A stretch of DNA of 24,000 nucleotides, from positions 588,708 to 612,707 of the forward strand of contig CAZTFL010000001.1 of assembly GCA_964612895.1 (NCBI GenBank), in the 5' to 3' direction. The first letter of the stretch is position 1. Each line of letters begins with the position of its first letter. Below, piece after piece: positions 18,169-24,000 of this stretch. This DNA comes from Candidatus Woesearchaeota archaeon (GTDB lineage Archaea > Nanobdellota > Nanobdellia > Pacearchaeales > GW2011-AR1). A program made the translations under genes and the position numbers. The notes beneath the pieces are model-generated. The model was not told where the DNA came from. It ran no database searches and saw nothing but the letters and a program-made list of their open reading frames with translations.

Positions 18169-19529
18169 ATATTTTTAAAGAGGCAAAAAAAGATTCAGAA
18201 AAAATTATAGTTCGTTTTAGAAATAAAAATTTTTCAGGAGATGTTGGACAGGCTGTTAAAAATTCTAGTTGGCAATTTTCTACAAATATTATCGGGAAAA
18301 TATGTTCTTTAATTTTTACAATTATTTTAGCAAGAATTTTAGTCCCCGAAGTTTATGGGTTATATGGATTGGCTTTATCTACTATTTTATTTATTGGAGT
18401 TTTCTCAGATTTGGGATTATCTTCTACCTTAATTACATTAATGTCAAAAACGATTGACAAAAATCCGGGAAAAGCAAAAAAATATTTTTATTATATTACT
18501 AAATTAAAAGTTTTTCTAGTTTTTTTGACATCTTTAATATTAATAATTTTAGCAAAATGGGTAGCTAATTCATATTATAATAAACCAATTTTTTATGCAA
18601 TTTTAGCTGGGGCAGTATATATACCATTTTCATCTTTTTTTAGTTGGACTTCTTCTTTGTTCGTAATTAAAAATAAATTTAAACCAATATTTTTTAAAGA
18701 AATTATATTTCAAATATTAAGAATAATAATTATTCCTATATTAATAATTTTTGTTTTTAATAAATTTGTTTCTGGCGATATTTTATTATTTTGGATTTTT
18801 ATAGCTATTTCCTTTTGTTATTTAATATCTATTTTTTATTCTTTGTTTAAAATAAAAAGTATGAAAATATTATCTTATGAAAAAAATGAAAAATTATCAA
18901 AAAAGGAAATTAAAGGAATTTATAAATTTGCCATTCCATTATCTATAACTGCTTTATCTGGTTCTTTTTTTGGTTTTATCGATACAATAATGTTGGGACA
19001 TTATGTTGATTCTATATTTATTGCATATTATCAAGCGTCTTTTAATTTAATCAATTCTGCATCTGTAATATTGTCTTTCATGGGAATTGCTCTACTTCCA
19101 ATTTTTGCTAGAAGCAATAAAAAAATCTCTATAAAATTATTCAGGAAAAGTAGAATATTTTTATTTTTGATTTCTTTAATTTCTTTAATTTTTACCTTAT
19201 TAATTTCCAATTATTTAATTTTATTTACTTATGGAGAAAATTATCTTTCTTCTATATTTTATTTAAAAGTATTTAGTATTCTTCTTATACTTTCTCCTAT
19301 GATTGAATTGTATACAAATTATTATACATCTAAAAAAAGAACTGGTGTTATAGCTGTAAGTTTGCTGATTTCTACTTTTTTAAATATTGTTTTTAATTAT
19401 ATATTTATAAATTTTGGTTTAAATTATGGAATGAATAAAGCTGTATTAGGTGCATGTATTGCTACAATAATAAGTAGATTTGTTTATTTAGGAATACTTG
19501 GATTTTTTAGGAAGACAATTCATTCTTAA
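18165..19529 (+). CDS. Polysaccharide/oligosaccharide flippase (Wzx-like, MOP superfamily)
   Basis: SSWQFSTNIIGKICSLIFTIILARILVPEVYGLYGLALSTILFIGVFSDLGLSSTLI: N-terminal polysaccharide-synthesis flippase signature. About 12-14 predicted TM helices. Confidence 0.87.
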   Translation: MNIFKEAKKDSEKIIVRFRNKNFSGDVGQAVKNSSWQFSTNIIGKICSLIFTIILARILVPEVYGLYGLALSTILFIGVFSDLGLSSTLITLMSKTIDKNPGKAKKYFYYITKLKVFLVFLTSLILIILAKWVANSYYNKPIFYAILAGAVYIPFSSFFSWTSSLFVIKNKFKPIFFKEIIFQILRIIIIPILIIFVFNKFVSGDILLFWIFIAISFCYLISIFYSLFKIKSMKILSYEKNEKLSKKEIKGIYKFAIPLSITALSGSFFGFIDTIMLGHYVDSIFIAYYQASFNLINSASVILSFMGIALLPIFARSNKKISIKLFRKSRIFLFLISLISLIFTLLISNYLILFTYGENYLSSIFYLKVFSILLILSPMIELYTNYYTSKKRTGVIAVSLLISTFLNIVFNYIFINFGLNYGMNKAVLGACIATIISRFVYLGILGFFRKTIHS

Positions 19530-19585
19530 TTTTCTATCTATTTAATAATAATAATGATTATAAAGGATTTTGAGATTAATTTAAT

Positions 19586-20680
19586 ATGGAAAATATTGTA
19601 GGTGATAAATTTGACTTCAAAAATTCTAATGATGATATAGATAGGGAATTAGAGGAAATTTTAAAAAAACAATCAGCTAGAATAAAAGTTGTTGGTGTTG
19701 GTGGTGGTGGTGGGAATACAGCTACGAGAATGAAAGAAACAGGAATAAAAGGTGGAGAGGTTATTGCGATAAATACAGATGCTCAGGATTTGTTATATAC
19801 GAAAGCAGATTTTAAAATATTAATAGGAAGAGAAATATCAAAGGGATTAGGTGCGGGAAGCAATCCAGCAATAGGAAGAGAGGCGGCTAGAGAACAAATT
19901 TCTGAAATAAAGAAAAAGCTTTCAGATTCAGATTTAGTATTTATTACATGTGGTATGGGTGGTGGAACTGGTACTGGAGCTGCTCCTGTTGTTGCTGAAG
20001 TTGCTAAACAACAAGGTGCTTTAGTTATTGGTGTTGTAACAATGCCGTTTAATTGTGAAGGTGCAAAAAGAATACAAAATGCTCAAGATGGTCTAGAGAG
20101 AATGCAAGGGGTTGTTGACACTTTAATTGTCATTCCTAATGATAGGCTATTAGATCTTGCCCCGAATTTACCTTTACCTACAGCATTTAAAGTTGCCGAT
20201 GAAATATTAACGGGGGCGGTTAAAGGAATTACAGAATTAATTACAAGTAGTGGATTGGTTAATTTGGATTTTGCGGATGTTAAGGCGATTATGGGTGGTG
20301 GCGGAGTTTCATTAATCGGAACAGGGGAATCAGATTCTAATAATAGAGTTGTTGAGGCTGTTGAAAAAGCATTAAAGAATCCTTTGTTGGATGTAGATAT
20401 AAGAGATGCTAAGGGTGCATTAATTAATGTCGTTGGTGGAAATGACTTATCTCTTGAAGAATATAAAGAAGTTGTTCAAATGATAGGAGAACAATTAAAT
20501 CCAGATGCAAAAATAATAAGTGGTGCAAGAATACAACAAGATATGGAAAATTCTTTGAAGGTTATGGTTATTATAACAGGTGTTAAATCTTCTCAAATAA
20601 GTGGAGAATCAATTTCCGTTGAGAATGCAAGGCTTAAGGATATGGAAGGAGAATTGGGCATAGATTTCTTTGAAGAGTAA
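19586..20680 (+). CDS. ftsZ: Cell division protein FtsZ
   Basis: RIKVVGVGGGGNTATRM, the tubulin signature CGMGGGTGTGAAPVVAEVAK, NDRLLDLAPNLPLPTAFKVADEIL, VDLDFADVKAIM-like segment. Confidence 0.97.
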   Translation: MENIVGDKFDFKNSNDDIDRELEEILKKQSARIKVVGVGGGGGNTATRMKETGIKGGEVIAINTDAQDLLYTKADFKILIGREISKGLGAGSNPAIGREAAREQISEIKKKLSDSDLVFITCGMGGGTGTGAAPVVAEVAKQQGALVIGVVTMPFNCEGAKRIQNAQDGLERMQGVVDTLIVIPNDRLLDLAPNLPLPTAFKVADEILTGAVKGITELITSSGLVNLDFADVKAIMGGGGVSLIGTGESDSNNRVVEAVEKALKNPLLDVDIRDAKGALINVVGGNDLSLEEYKEVVQMIGEQLNPDAKIISGARIQQDMENSLKVMVIITGVKSSQISGESISVENARLKDMEGELGIDFFEE

Positions 20681-20710
20681 ATTTAAAAACTGTTATAATA
20701 TTAATTTTAT

Positions 20711-20890
20711 ATGAATGTTAAACAAAAAATATCTTCAGAATTTACAAAGTATAAAAGAATTTGGAGATTATTAAAGAAACCTACAAAACAAGAATTTTTT
20801 ATGATTTCAAAAATATCTGGAATAGGACTTGGAATTATTGGAATTTTCGGATTTATTATAGCTTTAATTATGAATTTTATCAATTGGTAA
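20711..20890 (+). CDS. secE: Preprotein translocase subunit SecE (Sec61 gamma)
   Basis: 59 aa read directly: MNVKQKISSEFTKYKRIWRLLKKPTKQEFFMISKISGIGLGIIGIFGFIIALIMNFINW. SecE-type amphipathic 'RIWRLLKKPTKQEF' and a single TM, immediately downstream of ftsZ as in many archaea. Absent from the supplied ORF track. Confidence 0.88.
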   Translation: MNVKQKISSEFTKYKRIWRLLKKPTKQEFFMISKISGIGLGIIGIFGFIIALIMNFINW

Positions 20891-20929
20891 TTTGAAAAGT
20901 TTTAAATAGTGAGTTTTGTATTTTTTATT

Positions 20930-21343
20930 ATGACTATTATTGATTTTATGACGGAAAATGCTGTTATTTCCATAATTATTATAGGTATTATTGTTACATT
21001 CATTTCAAGTTTAGTAATGAAAATATTTACTGATCAGAAAAAAATTAAGGAATTAAAAAATAGACAAAAAGAACTCAACTTAGAAGTTCGTGAATTACAA
21101 AAGAAAGGAAATTTTTCTAAAATAGAAGAATTAAACAAGGAAGTTATTGAAGTTGGAATGAGTCTCATGAAAGCATCTTTTAGCGGAAAACAATTCTTAA
21201 TAACAACTATTCCTTTTCTTTTATTATTTAGTTGGTTAAGAGAAACATTTGTTCCAATATTAGGAAGTGGTTGGATTTGGATTTATTTGATATCTTCTAT
21301 GGTATCTTCAATATTAGTTAGAAAAATATTAAATATGGCTTGA
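20930..21343 (+). CDS. DUF106 / Oxa1-superfamily (EMC3/TMCO1-like) membrane protein
   Basis: TM followed by DQKKIKELKNRQKELNLEVRELQKKGNFSKIEELNKEVIEVGMSLMKASFSGKQFLITTIPFLLLFSWLRETF: coiled-coil plus TM layout of archaeal DUF106. ATG 20930 is a plausible alternative to the track's GTG 20909. Confidence 0.78.
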   Translation: MTIIDFMTENAVISIIIIGIIVTFISSLVMKIFTDQKKIKELKNRQKELNLEVRELQKKGNFSKIEELNKEVIEVGMSLMKASFSGKQFLITTIPFLLLFSWLRETFVPILGSGWIWIYLISSMVSSILVRKILNMA

Positions 21344-22141
21344 TTTTTTTAAGAATTTTTTTGCATTATCTATTCCTAATTCAGAAATTATTCCAGTTAT
21401 TAATTTCATTGGAGTTTTGTCAAATGCTGGATATATTGGATTAATATTTTTATTTCGCTCATCCCAAACTTCTTTTCCATTTCTTTTTTCTATTTCTATT
21501 TTTTTTGTAATTTTTAATGATAAACTACAAGAATATCTTGGAATTTTATAATCTTTTGCTATTTTACATAAGGTTTTTGTTCCTATTTTATTATATACAA
21601 ATTTTTTTGTGATTGCATCTGCTCCGAATAAAAACAAATCACAATGTTTGAGAAGTTCTTCTGCTGCTAAATCTGGTCCGATTATAACTTTTATTCCAAT
21701 TTTAGATAAATCTTTTGCAGTCATTCTTCCTTGTAATAAAGGTTCAACTTCTGTTGTGTATACTGTAAAATTTATTCCTTTTTTTTTAGCATTTTTTAAT
21801 ATATCAATAACAGAGGAAGAATGACAGTGAGTATATATTTTCATATTTTCCTTTATTATTTGAAATCCATTTTCTGCAATTTTTTTATGTGATTTTTCTA
21901 TATTTTCTATAATTTCTTTTGCTGTTTTTTCTATATTTTTTGATTTTTTGATTTTTAATAAAGAATTTTGTAATAATGGTTCGGTTTTTCTAAGAGAAAT
22001 AATTTTTTTATATGATTTTTCTGTAGGATTAAGCAAAAAAGCTTGTATTCCAGCTTTTGCAATATTTTCAGCGCCCTGTATTTTTATAGATTTTATTCTT
22101 TTTAAAATATCTTCATATTTTTTCACATTTCTTTTTTGCAT
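21329..22141 (-). CDS. Ribose-1,5-bisphosphate isomerase / eIF2B-like family protein
   Basis: DILKRIKSIKIQGAENIAKAGIQAFL, VYTTEVEPLLQGRMTAKDLSKIGIKVIIGPD, DLFLFGADAITKKFVYNKIGTKTLCKIAKDYKIP, AFDKTPMKLITGIISELGI. Confidence 0.82.
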   Translation of the reverse strand: MQKRNVKKYEDILKRIKSIKIQGAENIAKAGIQAFLLNPTEKSYKKIISLRKTEPLLQNSLLKIKKSKNIEKTAKEIIENIEKSHKKIAENGFQIIKENMKIYTHCHSSSVIDILKNAKKKGINFTVYTTEVEPLLQGRMTAKDLSKIGIKVIIGPDLAAEELLKHCDLFLFGADAITKKFVYNKIGTKTLCKIAKDYKIPRYSCSLSLKITKKIEIEKRNGKEVWDERNKNINPIYPAFDKTPMKLITGIISELGIDNAKKFLKKSSHI

Positions 22142-22229
22142 ATAGTTTTTTGTTTTCTAATATATAAAAGATTAACGGAATTTTTTATTTCCAAACTTTT
22201 ATATACTTAAATTACGAAGGTCAATTAAT

Positions 22230-23081
22230 ATGATAGAGATGTTGTTTAAACCTAAAGATGTAGAGAGGCGTCCTTGGCAAATGTTCTTTGTTGGAATGTT
22301 ATATTCTACGATTTCTTTTCTTTTTGTCGCTTTAATTTTTGGAGCAGATGATATTTTAAAAGAAGGTGCTGGAATTTTATTGGTTACTTTTACAGTTATT
22401 TGTTGTTTTCCTTTTTTTTATTATATTTTGAAGTCTGAAGAGAATAAAGATGTTGTTATCACGAATTCAGGTAAATTAATGAAAGAACACTATAAAGCAA
22501 TTAGTATTCTTTTGTGGCTTTTTCTAGGAATATTAATAACTTTTTCTTTTTGGTATATTGTCTTACCTGGTTCTTCTGGACAACACTTCAATTTTCAAAT
22601 AAGAAGTTTTTGTGCTATAAATAATCCAACAAATTATAATTTATGTGTTGAAAATAATGGTTCTATTGTTACAGGTGCTGCTACAAAAGTTGGTTCGTTT
22701 TTATCAATTTTCTCAAATAATATATCAGTTTTGATTTTTACTATAATATTTTCTTTGGCTTTTGGGGCGGGAGCTATTTTTATTCTTGTTTGGAATGCAA
22801 GTGTTATTTCTGCAGCTATTGGTATATTCGCAGAAGGAAGTTTGAAGAATCTTCCATTAGGTTTTTTAAGATATATGATTCATGGAATTCCTGAAATCGC
22901 GGCTTATTTTGTTGGGGCACTAGCTGGTGGTATAGTTTCAGTAGCTATTGTTAGAAAAGATTTAGAGGGGGAAAGAAAGTGGATAATTTTTGAAGATGCT
23001 CTTATATTATTAATAGTAGCAATTGTTATTCTTATTATTTCTGCCTTTATTGAAGTATTTTTCTCACATACAGTGTTTTAA
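22230..23081 (+). CDS. SpoIIM-like (stage II sporulation protein M family, DUF95) membrane protein
   Basis: FSLAFGAGAIFILVWNASVISAAIGIF and LPLGFLRYMIHGIPEIAAYFVGALAGGIVSVAIVR: the conserved 'HGxxExxA' C-terminal region. Confidence 0.75.
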   Translation: MIEMLFKPKDVERRPWQMFFVGMLYSTISFLFVALIFGADDILKEGAGILLVTFTVICCFPFFYYILKSEENKDVVITNSGKLMKEHYKAISILLWLFLGILITFSFWYIVLPGSSGQHFNFQIRSFCAINNPTNYNLCVENNGSIVTGAATKVGSFLSIFSNNISVLIFTIIFSLAFGAGAIFILVWNASVISAAIGIFAEGSLKNLPLGFLRYMIHGIPEIAAYFVGALAGGIVSVAIVRKDLEGERKWIIFEDALILLIVAIVILIISAFIEVFFSHTVF

Positions 23082-23125
23082 TTTTTTATAGTAGTGTTTT
23101 TAAATATTGATTATATTTTATTTTT

Positions 23126-24000
23126 ATGAATTATATAATAATTTTTAGTATAATTATTAGTTTTTTGTTGTCAGTTATAATTTTACCTATTTGGATTAAA
23201 AAAGCCAAAAGTTTGGATATGACATGGGAAGATATGAATAAAGTTGGTCATCCTAAAAATGTCGCTTCTAGTGGTGGAATTGTCGTGCTTATTGCTTTTA
23301 TTTTGGGCGTTTTATCTTATCTTTTTATAAAAACATTTTTTTTAGATATGAGTTCTTACAATTCTGAGATTTTTGCATTATTGACAGTTCTACTTTTTTT
23401 GGGTTTGGTTGGATTGACTGATGATTTATTGGGATGGAAAAGAGGAGGACTTAATACAAAAATAAGAATTATTTTGGCTATTATCGCTTCTATTCCATTA
23501 GTTGTTTTAAATGTAGGCACACATAGCGTAACTCTTCCATTTATTGGTTCTGTTTATTTTGGGATTTTATATCCGATATTAGTTATTCCTTTAGCTATTG
23601 GTTTTGTTTCAACAACTTATAATTTTTTAGCTGGATTTAATGGATTGGAAGCTGGTATGGGAATTTTAATGATAAGTTTTTTGAGTTTTATTAGTTTTAT
23701 TACTGGTTCTTATTGGCTCAGTGTTATTGGACTTTGTATGGTAGCTTCTTTATGTGGTTTTTTAATTTTTAATAAATGCCCTGCAAAAGTTTTTCCTGGT
23801 GATATCTTAACATATTCAGTTGGTGCTTTAATGGTTTCTATGGCGATATTGGGAAATTTTGAAAAAATGTTATTAATTATTTATATTCCATATTTTATTG
23901 AAGTATTATTAAAATCTAGAGGAAAATTAAAAAAACATTCTTTTGGAAAAGTTAATAGCGATGGAAGTTTGTCTTTACCATATGATAAAATATATGGACT
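23126..24000 (+). CDS. UDP-GlcNAc:dolichyl-phosphate GlcNAc-1-phosphotransferase-like protein (Alg7/AglH/MraY superfamily; 3' truncated by window)
   Basis: Read from sequence: MNYIIIFSIIISFLLSVIILPIWIKKAKSLDMTWEDMNKVGHPKNVASSGGIVVLIAFILG...VGLTDDLLGWKRGGLNTKIR...YNFLAGFNGLEAGMGILM...FPGDILTYSVGA. It has the LTDDLLG, NxxxGFNGLE and FPGD motifs. Open to the window end, hence absent from the ORF track. Confidence 0.9.
   Translation, partial: MNYIIIFSIIISFLLSVIILPIWIKKAKSLDMTWEDMNKVGHPKNVASSGGIVVLIAFILGVLSYLFIKTFFLDMSSYNSEIFALLTVLLFLGLVGLTDDLLGWKRGGLNTKIRIILAIIASIPLVVLNVGTHSVTLPFIGSVYFGILYPILVIPLAIGFVSTTYNFLAGFNGLEAGMGILMISFLSFISFITGSYWLSVIGLCMVASLCGFLIFNKCPAKVFPGDILTYSVGALMVSMAILGNFEKMLLIIYIPYFIEVLLKSRGKLKKHSFGKVNSDGSLSLPYDKIYG

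Noticed and set aside
18269-18457. 62-aa minus- or plus-frame alternative ORF inside the flippase gene
   Set aside because: Overlaps the conserved flippase N-terminus. Low-complexity aromatic composition is typical of out-of-frame AT-rich DNA.
21609-22145. Two plus-strand ORFs (71 and 65 aa) opposite the R15P isomerase-like gene
   Set aside because: Antisense shadows of a well-supported CDS.
1-24000. CRISPR array, transposase/integrase, prophage or known defence cassette
   Set aside because: No regularly spaced direct repeats, no transposase or integrase motifs and no Cas/restriction/toxin signatures were found by reading the ORFs and spacers.

Overview
AT-rich, densely packed 24 kb window from an archaeal chromosome, most likely a small-genome DPANN-type lineage. 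That placement is inferred from AglB, SecDF/SecE, a DUF106 (Oxa1-superfamily) protein, a ribose-1,5-bisphosphate isomerase-like protein, tRNAs with no encoded CCA and TATA-like leaderless promoters. The window is cut at both ends: the 3' part of a bacterial-type leucyl-tRNA synthetase on the left, and the 5' part of an Alg7/AglH-like GlcNAc-1-phosphotransferase on the right. Between them is a surface-glycosylation region: AglB, two GT2 glycosyltransferases, a FkbM-type methyltransferase, a GT10 fucosyltransferase-like enzyme, a class I methyltransferase, a cytidylyltransferase::GHMP-kinase fusion and a divergent KpsF-like SIS isomerase. It is followed by a Sec/cell-division region: secF-secD, an FKBP isomerase, a class III signal/pilin-like secreted protein, a putative lipoprotein, a YdjM-like membrane protein, a flippase, ftsZ, a short secE missing from the ORF track, DUF106, an R15P isomerase-like protein and a SpoIIM-like protein. 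There are two tRNA genes: Gly(TCC), and Arg(CCT) with an atypical C33. No CRISPR, transposase or recognisable defence cassette is supported. The most interesting items are the nucleotidyltransferase/GHMP-kinase fusion with its SIS partner, the secreted-protein gene whose pilin-like signal lies upstream of any canonical in-frame start codon, the C33 tRNA-Arg, and the bacterial-type LeuRS in an archaeal context.
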